Below are positions 6,001 to 11,652 of a DNA stretch of 20,000 bases, in pieces (positions within the stretch are counted from its first letter, which is position 1; every line of letters begins with the position of its first letter). The stretch is from an uncultured virus (IMG/VR IMGVR_UViG_3300005683_000076) (lineage: Duplodnaviria; Heunggongvirae; Uroviricota; Caudoviricetes), in the IMG/VR virus record IMGVR_UViG_3300005683_000076, one strand, 5' to 3'. Under the pieces are notes generated by a model that worked only from the letters and a program-made list of their open reading frames with translations, was not told where the DNA came from and did not search any database. The position numbers were made by a program, and so were the translations under genes.

Positions 6001-8936
6001 CGTTCAGCTGTCCCTCTGGTATCAGGCGAACTATGTCGTATGCCAGGTCCAGCCCCTCTTCCCCGAACTCCTGGTGTATTGCTCCCAGCAGCAGAAACCT
6101 CCGATGGCTTTCCTCCCGCCACTGGCTGTTGTTGTTTTCTTCTTGCATATAGGTTAAGTAAGTGCCCACGTCTGGCAAACTTAGTGGCAGCAGGGCTTAC
6201 ATCCTTGAGAGATGATGCGTACTGTAGGGTGTTCTCGTTATTCTCAGCCAGAACACGGAACACGTCTTTCAATGTTTGTTTGATTTCGTCGGTGGTCAGG
6301 CCTAGGTGCTCTTCTGCTTTCGGGCGGAAGGTCTGGGCGATCACCTCGTCCATTGCGTACGTGTCCTTTCTATTAGGATCACGGCCTTTGATTATATCAA
6401 ATACTTTCTGGACACTAGGCTTTTCAAGAAGCTTTGGCGTCTGTGCAGTAACACCGAAGCGTTCGTTCCGGATGTGGACACGCTCCTCAGCCTTAGTACC
6501 CTGCGTGATGTCGTCAAGGCCTTCGTACTTAGTGTAGAGTCCTGCCTCTCCAGCTGTCCGCTTCGTGACGTCGTTGATCTTGGCGATGAGATTCGAGATC
6601 TCCACCATCGAGGACGCGTCCTTTGCGAGCTGGGCCTGGTCGAGCATATTCTCCAGCTGCTTGATGAAAGCTCCGGAGTAGTTCGCGTATAGCGGCAACC
6701 CGTGGAAATCTCGGTAGCTGCCTGCATTTCCCTGCTCCTCTGCTATGTTTTTAAGCAGGTGGTTCAGGACAGCAGTGGCTTGCGGGTTAGCAGCAATAGC
6801 ATCAGGACCGTCCACGGTGAGGTCTGCTTCTCTAATGAGTTCAGACATGGGACGGTTCATCTCTTCGATGATCTTGTTGGAAGCGGCTAACTCCTGCTTG
6901 TTGTACGGAGAAAGGATCTCAACGTCAGCTACTTCCCCTTTAGGTACTTGTACTTCTTTGGCATTACCCTGCGGGTCTATCTGAAAAGCAACTTCATTGC
7001 CGGCAGGGTCTTTCGCTCGTACAGTTCTCCCGGCTAGCACTGAAACAGCATCCCCGAGACTAAAGATCGTATTGAAGATAGTTTCCTTGAGGGCCGTCTT
7101 AGGGTCCGCACCGGATGCCCGGCTTACCGGATAAGTAGCTGCACCCGTGAACGCCAAGGTTGCTGCCCCACCGCCGAGCTTGCTAGCTGCAGAACTGAAG
7201 CCTGCCTCCTCCAGCCCAGCCATCCACTTCTCGCCAACCGGTCCAGCATACTTAGCGATACTTCCGAATATGGCACCCTTAAAAGCCTCACTTGCGACTT
7301 TGTCAAAGTGCTCACCTCGGCCGGCTGATTGGGCAGCCATGTCAGCAGACATACCTGTGATCATTCCACCAGGCAGCTTAGACAGCAGCATGATCCTCGA
7401 GAGGTCTCCAGGCAGAGCACCTGCCATCTGGAAGATCTCGGCACGAGTCCCGCCGTACTTAGCCAACTTCTCAGCCGGAGCCTCAGAGGTCGCAGCGATC
7501 GAAGACATGTACTTGTAGATGTCGTCTCCCTGGTACGCCTTGATGTCTTCAAACTTGGAAGGATTGATCAGCCGGTGACCTTCCCCAAAGGGCCTGTGCC
7601 ACAGGTCATCGGCAGCCCGGTAGAGACCAGCCAGATCCCGCCAAGCACTGCCACCTGTACGCAGGGCACCAGCAATAATGTTCTGCTCATCTTCCATGCC
7701 GATCCACGGAGTTTCTAGTGCCTCAGTAGGTGTGATCGTGGAAGCCTTCAACGCATTGATTACTTCAGGAGTCAGGAGATTCTCAGGCGGGATCTGTTCA
7801 ATACCCACGCGAGACTGTGCCTGCCTCATCCGTTCGTCGGTCTGAGCTGCATCCTTGCCCTTGATATTCTCAAGGTCCTTAAGCGTGATCCAGATAGTAC
7901 CTTCAGTAGTATCATCATCAATTCTACCTTTCACCTTATACTGCCTACCAAGTTTAATGCCTTGCTCGATCTGGTCTGGGGTAAGGTCAAACTTGGTAGC
8001 AACAGATTCATAGGCCTTTCGGATGGAGTAGTCTAGCTTTTCCGCAGTGGGAACTCCCTGAACATTGACGGTAACTTTTGCGGCAATGCCGTTGCTGTCG
8101 GTAGCCTTACCTGCCTGACGCGGAAGATCCACTTGTACACCGGTATCAACAAACTGGCCGGCGGACGTGTCGATCGGAGTCAGGTTCCCGACGTCCACGG
8201 TGACAGTTCCTTCACCTACCGGAGCTTTAGGTTTAGCTTTGATCGGAGCCGCAACCTTATTTTTCCTAGGTTGGAGTGTCGGTCTGTTGGACGGTATAGA
8301 CGAATTATCTAGTGTGTTTGTATTTACAGGGGCATACCCTGGAGCGGGATTGGTAGGTGTGGTAGCGGTACCAGTTATTAAGGTCTCGATCTTCTGCTTG
8401 AAGTTGTCATCAACCTCCGGAGATGCAGGAGAGATCAAGCTCTCGAGGTGGGCCCTAAACTCGTCATCGCTGACAGTGGTAGGAGCAGCAGGAGCACTGG
8501 CCTTGACCTGTCCCGGCAAGATACCTTGAGCCGCCAGCCTCCTCTTGGAATTTAACCAGGCGTCAAAGCCCTGCTTCTTGTAAACATCGAGGGCAGCCTT
8601 TGCATTGTAAACAGGATCAGTAGCCAGCTTCTGCGGATCGTATTGCGGGTTGGCAAGAGTGTTGATTTGCCACAGTCCGTAGGAAGACTCTGGAAGTTTC
8701 TGTCCTTCACCTGCCCTGCGTACACGTGTGGCCCCCGGGTCGCCAGAGCTTTCCTTCAATGCCATTTCTGTCATGTAAGGGACGTGCTCTTCCGGCCACC
8801 CAGCCTGTCGAAGAATGTTCTCGAGATCCGGACGTGTATAAATGGAAGGAGCCGGCCTTGTGGGGGTCGGCTTTGGTTCCAGTTTCTTGAGCCCGCCCAG
8901 CAGGCTCTTCAAGAAGTCGTCGTCGTTGTTTACCAT
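3..8936 (-). CDS. Giant (>=2978 aa, 3'-truncated by window) polyvalent internal virion/ejection protein with lytic transglycosylase, ART-like domain and intein
   Basis: ATG at 8936 directly follows TAG TAA of the upstream gene. Manual translation (MVNNDDDFLKSLLGG...GPIKTAGEFVFGESTYP) shows no stop down to the window edge, which explains its absence from the ORF track. Multiple recognisable motifs lie in this single frame. Confidence 0.93.
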   Translation of the reverse strand, partial: MVNNDDDFLKSLLGGLKKLEPKPTPTRPAPSIYTRPDLENILRQAGWPEEHVPYMTEMALKESSGDPGATRVRRAGEGQKLPESSYGLWQINTLANPQYDPQKLATDPVYNAKAALDVYKKQGFDAWLNSKRRLAAQGILPGQVKASAPAAPTTVSDDEFRAHLESLISPASPEVDDNFKQKIETLITGTATTPTNPAPGYAPVNTNTLDNSSIPSNRPTLQPRKNKVAAPIKAKPKAPVGEGTVTVDVGNLTPIDTSAGQFVDTGVQVDLPRQAGKATDSNGIAAKVTVNVQGVPTAEKLDYSIRKAYESVATKFDLTPDQIEQGIKLGRQYKVKGRIDDDTTEGTIWITLKDLENIKGKDAAQTDERMRQAQSRVGIEQIPPENLLTPEVINALKASTITPTEALETPWIGMEDEQNIIAGALRTGGSAWRDLAGLYRAADDLWHRPFGEGHRLINPSKFEDIKAYQGDDIYKYMSSIAATSEAPAEKLAKYGGTRAEIFQMAGALPGDLSRIMLLSKLPGGMITGMSADMAAQSAGRGEHFDKVASEAFKGAIFGSIAKYAGPVGEKWMAGLEEAGFSSAASKLGGGAATLAFTGAATYPVSRASGADPKTALKETIFNTIFSLGDAVSVLAGRTVRAKDPAGNEVAFQIDPQGNAKEVQVPKGEVADVEILSPYNKQELAASNKIIEEMNRPMSELIREADLTVDGPDAIAANPQATAVLNHLLKNIAEEQGNAGSYRDFHGLPLYANYSGAFIKQLENMLDQAQLAKDASSMVEISNLIAKINDVTKRTAGEAGLYTKYEGLDDITQGTKAEERVHIRNERFGVTAQTPKLLEKPSVQKVFDIIKGRDPNRKDTYAMDEVIAQTFRPKAEEHLGLTTDEIKQTLKDVFRVLAENNENTLQYASSLKDVSPAATKFARRGHLLNLYARRKQQQPVAGGKPSEVSAAGSNTPGVRGRGAGPGIRHSSPDTRGTAERGSGTGPGGEGPIEPRFSQVTDRTELERRAARAIQELEELQAKGAPTREQIGEILGNPEHSYGRSPRGAIFDLKDALETGAELPLGDKRAWVDVPETAVKAGAEARNQEIFEEVTAAPAAPKKTGKYVPNPNAVERGSVLEDGKIWVQGQQVFPTDESVAVVRAMAEHNNALITEKLKELDQLKRSGQVTREQLDSVIGEDHRFGTDVDAAIRDYESVLLDNGMYLQDIAEANTAYNTHQVAKQVKTKAPKESTPKAKEPSTPVAKEDPWSVQSREAHLKNVQAINKKLGIKEWQPPAKPDPNIEAWKQRQRLAELSDTRPAADKTVDEIVDRDVRQAYKDAGGDQFKAVEGVLKRYEQDAINMQSSGSALFQKKIEALRNKYGPILEFNKRRASGGSIDPQFAQLKHGSRHLFKPEVLVEGPNGERKYIEGEQKKFPVGTRVSRRGENIIVRTKPEKGMKFRGKGLYDSDQEISIGEQKILQAIEQQVTHPKRPKSIADSLSQQLKTAEHWRDNNTHAPLHDYISQNRAVEFIKSLKPEDFAIPSKRAGRELHSVDSWLPQIPEGYKVIEKYPLGRIRDDKINTGEGSQFRGYGHYAAETHGVASTYRQAGIHDNANPRFLYDGKEFDYNAKASGASDADSLRNGAIMGTFTAMDNNRVDAKEAIQNQIDWYETEIARFEEADKAGQLTPGMAITKLKLQYYRKVVEAYQQLDPDKFDIEMPEPHPGYLYHIKTNVKDEDLLHLDRQIKDQGEHIQDIAREFDNSRGYDFYDADNPSVNDPVSRTGEQLYKRMSREFDRTTQLGLLSKKGGGDVLASEFLKDKGIKGLKFLDQNSRKPPEVLYSGKPTRFSGQVTPKESAIAWVAANIENQINNGKPVDIEAAKTEAINWAYKTLTGEWDKQKLTELQALNTADFTVKYPKKQTHNHVIFKGEDIDVSRIQFAQALKDKRVFDKKAVDEVSAFTDENFPQLAAFWKPRKSTGTPLATNPNPVAAERMAKARGMDVETSPQKIADRIVNIYREFKRQFKEIDPNESVQMARTADSFRLLSSLNSWAKTQATNDVARIIKPLSREQYDVFENVLILRDKKKAVEQGMKPGHGYIDLADVEKSLKEYEDAAKADPAISKALADREALRRKTVGDLVKIDMLGEQALNNDSYFHRQVPQGGENNLFLSMGNRDLRVRKKGFEKKRTGDGDDYNTNYVEAEVEWLSQAHAQIRKYELLQEIKRAVDISDDLKLQAKIQGVDWHTLVDKSTHRIWQPQEGSYFYKVMSAPDELLTDIFSGKHTLSTAEAELREALARGQKKPEWVLPSGVAKLMDNFEVQPHENAIKQTTASAMASWKQWALINPKNYLSYNIRNFISDLDAAMAYPGIIKELPAAIKDIYKYSRDKNHAAAAEIEQAIKDGVMDSGQTFAEIPDISKLGVFKIFADSDTNVLSRGLNKVWDAMKNSSNARENWIRLAAYRHIKQRLANGDVIYGASNRGQVDALAGNPGRQAAKIARELVGDYGGISEAGRAIRKHMMPFYSWCVPTTTEILTRDGWKAHDELALGEEVLTYNIETRTTEWQPVQDKAVLDYDGPLVTLNNSFGHKYQFTPDHRCVVIEQYKDKRKVVLAKDLKSHHKLPVVAPHEFSTGSVLNETEAALLGFLVTDGYFRTRKESPNSFEAVLYQKKPGEVQWIRDTFKDYISSESVHPQTGVICFRLSAPKISKIRSVFQTKEDLPSVITRLGQAECRAMYDAMMRAEGSSANGATQFPQNRGPVLDGFQILCYMLGKAGHIRDKRGGTGHAALYVKGRDKISVHKWQRTEEQYTGQVWCPKTANSTWIMRQDGKVMITGNCEINAPRYVRMIANIPNEAGGKSRLAGMAGTKVAGKVALVGTKRAAQLMAITAAINAWNHLVFPDLEDQLMKTDVGKRPHLIVGTNPDGTARVFQADTALRDAMDWFDAGDIVSDISEVRDGRATVIDKIAEGVKAPVNRVVQALGPIKTAGEFVFGESTY
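486..1415 (-). mobile_element. Intein (310 aa) with LAGLIDADG homing endonuclease, in frame within giant protein
   Basis: Block A CVPTTTEILTRDGWK (Cys1 1413-1415); block B FTPDHR; LAGLIDADG-like helices LLGFLVTDG and MYDAMMRAEG; block F YTGQVWCPKTANSTWI; block G MITGN followed by +1 Cys (483-485). Exteins rejoin as PFYSW/CEINAPRY. Confidence 0.93.
3189..4781 (-). other. ADP-ribosyltransferase-like (ART-PolyVal-type) domain with large insertions
   Basis: Ordered motifs: KHGSRHLF; PLGRIRDDKINTGEGSQFRGYGHYAAETHGVASTYR; GYLYHIK...LLHLDRQIKDQ; TGEQLY; ASEFLKDKGIKGLKFLDQNSR; THNHVIF. These match the HGSPH / IGTGEGAQAYGxGLY / LDWDKPLSEQ / GIxGIKYLD / NYVVF pattern I recall from phage polyvalent proteins. 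Confidence 0.72.
5891..6148 (-). CDS. Nested (overprinted, +1 frame) small acidic helical protein, 85 aa from ATG 6148
   Basis: MQEENNNSQWREESHRRFLLLGAIHQEFGEEGLDLAYDIVRLIPEGQLNEDQVLDQVEKAL... has globular amphipathic composition, while the host frame over the same span becomes a G/R/P/S/T-rich linker (AGGKPSEVSAAGSNTPGVRGRGAGPGIRHSSPDTRGTAERGSGTGPGGEG). AT-rich leader before the ATG. Confidence 0.6.
   Translation of the reverse strand: MQEENNNSQWREESHRRFLLLGAIHQEFGEEGLDLAYDIVRLIPEGQLNEDQVLDQVEKALSSQGSPKSPTGPNLKGVLLGQSRN
6330..6500 (-). other. Degenerate zincin/MPTase-like motif region of giant protein
   Basis: TKAEERVHI (EExxH in place of HExxH, aa 817-821) followed 43 aa later by MDEVIAQ, resembling the downstream Glu helix of polyvalent-protein metallopeptidases. 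Confidence 0.45.
8547..8840 (-). other. Lytic transglycosylase (lysozyme-like/SLT) domain of giant protein, aa ~33-130
   Basis: MALKESSGDP (catalytic Glu62, 8751-8753), SYGLWQIN, DPVYNAKAALDVYKKQGFDAW match the E-S, GLxQ and downstream motifs of SLT/lysozyme-like domains. Confidence 0.88.
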
Positions 8937-8939
8937 TTA

Positions 8940-10178
8940 CTACTGTAGTCGATTAGTCACTATCCCTGCCTGGTTAGCTATGAGTTCTCGGAGTACACCC
9001 TTTTGTCCTTCGTTCAGGTCATAGCTTTCCTCGAGAGATGTTAGAGCGTTGGTCAGCTGCTGGATGATCTTCTGTGCGTCTTCGATCTTTCCTTCCTTGC
9101 GAAGCTGCTCAGCGATTTGCATCTGTTCCTGGTACTTGGACTTAGTGAAGTCGAACTGTTGAGCACTCAAGGCGAGTCTGGCATTAGCTATACGCTCATT
9201 AGATGCAATACGTTCTGCACCCATCTGCTGCATGGTTGAGTTATACGCAGCATTACTTGCCGGTATGCTCACCGTTCTACCGTCTGGGAGTTTCCAATCT
9301 ACAAGATCTTTACGTGTTCCGGCCACGGTCCATTTACCGGTAGACCGGTCTAGTTGGAGAATGTCATTGCCAAGCTTCAGCGTCTTCGGGTCCCGATCGT
9401 CAAAGGCCACCATCTGCGAAGGATTTAGCCCGGCAGTTATGGCATCCTGTACGTGGAGAGGATTCTTCGGATCCCAGTATCTGTTCTTAGCTAGGCGAGC
9501 TCTGGCCTGTGACTGTCGTACTTGGTTGATCTGGTACATTTTGATCTCGTTGTCGATCGGAATGTCTGCGATCTTGGCATCCATAAGCCTGCGGCCCTGC
9601 TCATCTTGTAGCTGTCCACCAAGCTCCTGCTCCCGCATCTGCGACCTACGAATGTCGTACAACCGCTGACGCTCCTCGTCGATGGTCGGCTTGAATGCTC
9701 CGCCAAGTCCTCCGGCAATGCCCCCGCCTAACGCTGCTATAAGTCTCTGCTCGGGATCACCTTGGGCGTTTCCGTAAGCTTGTCCGGCATTGATCACAAA
9801 CTCCCGGCCGATGCTGCCAAGCCTTCTCCAGAATCCTTTATCGTTATCCACGATCGGGTTGTTTCTGGTGTCTTGTAGCCAGTTGGTCTGCTGCTGCTGT
9901 CGCTGCAGAAGCGTCTCGGTGTCCGGCGTGTATGTACCTATCTGGTCCGGAGTAGCTTGAAAAGAACCAGCCGGTCGGTCATAGTCTGAGATCCTGGGCA
10001 GCAGCTGTGGTCGTTGTACCTCTGTCCCGACTTCCGTCGGTGCCATGACGATGGGCTGTTGAGCTCCTACCCTGCGGGTAATTGCCATCAACCTACGCCT
10101 TTTTTCATCCTCCGTTTCTTCTGGAGGAGGAGCTGACATAGCTATTGCCTTGTTTGTGAAGTAATCAAATAGTCCCAT
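8940..10178 (-). CDS. Putative internal virion/DNA ejection protein (412 aa)
   Basis: Long ORF directly upstream of the giant gene; Q/R/E-rich coiled-coil segments and a Gly/Ala hydrophobic stretch (LIAALGGGIAGGLGGAF), typical of ejection proteins. Function inferred from position and composition. Confidence 0.65.
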   Translation of the reverse strand: MGLFDYFTNKAIAMSAPPPEETEDEKRRRLMAITRRVGAQQPIVMAPTEVGTEVQRPQLLPRISDYDRPAGSFQATPDQIGTYTPDTETLLQRQQQQTNWLQDTRNNPIVDNDKGFWRRLGSIGREFVINAGQAYGNAQGDPEQRLIAALGGGIAGGLGGAFKPTIDEERQRLYDIRRSQMREQELGGQLQDEQGRRLMDAKIADIPIDNEIKMYQINQVRQSQARARLAKNRYWDPKNPLHVQDAITAGLNPSQMVAFDDRDPKTLKLGNDILQLDRSTGKWTVAGTRKDLVDWKLPDGRTVSIPASNAAYNSTMQQMGAERIASNERIANARLALSAQQFDFTKSKYQEQMQIAEQLRKEGKIEDAQKIIQQLTNALTSLEESYDLNEGQKGVLRELIANQAGIVTNRLQ

Positions 10179-10183
10179 CTCTT

Positions 10184-10744
10184 TTATTTCAACCAGTCTT
10201 CGAAGGTCGTACAGACCAGGTCTACGCTCTCATCGTCCCACCCAATAACCTTTTGAAATCTCTTAGCCCCCTTGATCCAGGTCCGCATAGGTTTACGCTG
10301 ACACCCTATGTATGCACACCCGTCAGTGCTCTCAGTAACTATCACTCCTGTAGCCACACTGTCGTTGATCTCAAATCTCCTCGGCACCCGGGTCCAATTC
10401 CCGACACCGATCCTCATATCCTCCGTAATGGTCAGGCCGTTCAGCACGGCGTTGCCAACGACTACGTCGGCATCAATGTTGCAATTAAAGAAGATCCCGC
10501 CACGAGAGGTTACGCCCTTTAAGGTGGACTCAAACACTGATCCCTCGTAGATCTTGCTTGTGCTGATGTCGCCTCGTACCACGGAGGTCATTACCAGGTT
10601 GGAGTACTCCACCCACGAGTCCTCAAGGTATGAGCAGTAGATGTCTGTTTCAGTCCCAACCTTGGAGTTCTTTAAGTACGAGTTGGGGCAGACCTCAGAG
10701 TTCAGGTCCAGGACCATCCCGCGTGTGTGCCTGTGTTTGATCAT
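10184..10744 (-). CDS. Beta-solenoid (short-repeat) protein with C-terminal IGCQ motif domain, 186 aa
   Basis: Start reassigned to ATG 10744 (TAATG overlap with upstream stop). Roughly 5-residue S/C-x-hydrophobic periodicity (NSYLK NSKVG, CSYLE DSWVE YSNLV) then AYIGCQRKPMRTW, a motif I associate with phage pentapeptide/beta-helix proteins (DUF5758-like). Confidence 0.65.
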   Translation of the reverse strand: MIKHRHTRGMVLDLNSEVCPNSYLKNSKVGTETDIYCSYLEDSWVEYSNLVMTSVVRGDISTSKIYEGSVFESTLKGVTSRGGIFFNCNIDADVVVGNAVLNGLTITEDMRIGVGNWTRVPRRFEINDSVATGVIVTESTDGCAYIGCQRKPMRTWIKGAKRFQKVIGWDDESVDLVCTTFEDWLK

Positions 10745-11370
10745 TAACGCCTGTTGAATGCACCGCCTGCTCCAAATCCAGGAGCCAGTATCGACGCACC
10801 AGCCTGGAGACCGGCACCGATCAGTCCTCCCCACGTCTGCATAAAACTTGGAGGAAGCGTCTGCCGCTGCTGATCAAAAAAGAACTGAGCACTGGACGTG
10901 GCATTACCTAACAGGCTCTGCCGGTTAGCCAGATCTTGTCCAGACCAGGCCAGTCCCTGCCCTTTGTAGTAGGCGTCCTGCTGCTTGATCGCATTCTCGT
11001 AAGCATTAGCGTGGTCCTGAGCGGCCAGGTTGGCATTACGTTCCCGCTGTTGGGCCACGGCGATCGACTGATCCCCGGTACCTGACATGGCGGCTGCACC
11101 TACTCCGGTAAGACCTGCCATACGTTCACGGATGGAGTTCTGTTGAGACGGCGACCACAGGTCAAAATTGAGGATAGAATCTGGAGGTGGTGCCCCGTAG
11201 TTTCTTCCCCGAATAAAGGTGTCCCATGCGGCCGAGTCCCTACGGAACTTCTGTTGCTCAGGCGTGCCCTGCTTTGCCCAGTCAAACATCTCACGCTGGA
11301 GCTGGTACTGGCTTTGGGCATTGGCAGCCATCTGTCGGTTGTACTCTTTTTGAGCTTTACTTTGTCCCAT
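10744..11370 (-). CDS. Putative DNA ejection/pilot protein (208 aa)
   Basis: MG start, Q/A/N-rich helical body, C-terminal Gly/Ala hydrophobic tail (WGGLIGAGLQAGASILAPGFGAGG); located between tail genes and the large injected protein. Confidence 0.65.
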   Translation of the reverse strand: MGQSKAQKEYNRQMAANAQSQYQLQREMFDWAKQGTPEQQKFRRDSAAWDTFIRGRNYGAPPPDSILNFDLWSPSQQNSIRERMAGLTGVGAAAMSGTGDQSIAVAQQRERNANLAAQDHANAYENAIKQQDAYYKGQGLAWSGQDLANRQSLLGNATSSAQFFFDQQRQTLPPSFMQTWGGLIGAGLQAGASILAPGFGAGGAFNRR

Positions 11371-11648
11371 TAGTCTATGTGCGGATAGTAAGCAACTGGA
11401 ATGCTGGCTGTACCGCTAGCCACTGATACACGCTGGCCATTGACTGGTATCACGGCATTCCCCTTGGGCCCAATAAGAACGCCCGCCAAGGTACCCGTAG
11501 ACGCTGCGTCTGCATCAACGTTGACGTATATATCTACTGTTCCTGAAAGATTGTTAATCACCACCACGCCATACAGATTGTTGTCTGCGATCATGTTGGT
11601 CGGAGTGTTGATCACTGCTGAAGTTACGAAGTTATTTATTACTGGCAT
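11370..11648 (-). CDS. Small beta-rich virion-associated protein (92 aa)
   Basis: Fills the gap exactly; stop overlaps the next ATG; V/I/N/G/T-rich beta-sandwich-like sequence. Confidence 0.7.
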   Translation of the reverse strand: MPVINNFVTSAVINTPTNMIADNNLYGVVVINNLSGTVDIYVNVDADAASTGTLAGVLIGPKGNAVIPVNGQRVSVASGTASIPVAYYPHID

Positions 11649-11652
11649 GGTG

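Noticed and set aside
3..8936. Giant protein as virion RNA polymerase (N4/crAss-like) or DarB-like methylase-helicase
   Set aside because: No DxDGD/DFDID polymerase motif, Walker A/DExx helicase or NPPY-type methylase motif noticed in the translated part; the missing C terminus cannot be assessed.
8937..8942. Possible stop-codon readthrough or recoding fusing the 412-aa gene with the in-frame giant gene
   Set aside because: Two consecutive different stops (TAG TAA) followed by ATG; genes read cleanly in the standard code with no sign of reassignment.
4058..9718. Other short minus-strand out-of-frame ORFs (4058-4267, 4427-4615, 4745-4981, 5165-5392, 5525-5725, 6392-6727, 7124-7315, 7361-7552, 9491-9718)
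   Set aside because: S/R/T/L-rich frameshift shadows overlapping well-formed host-frame sequence; unlike 5891-6148 they do not coincide with degeneration of the main frame.
10745..10834. Track's longer N terminus for the 10184 ORF
   Set aside because: Overlaps the upstream gene's Gly-rich tail; ATG 10744 in a TAATG junction is more plausible.
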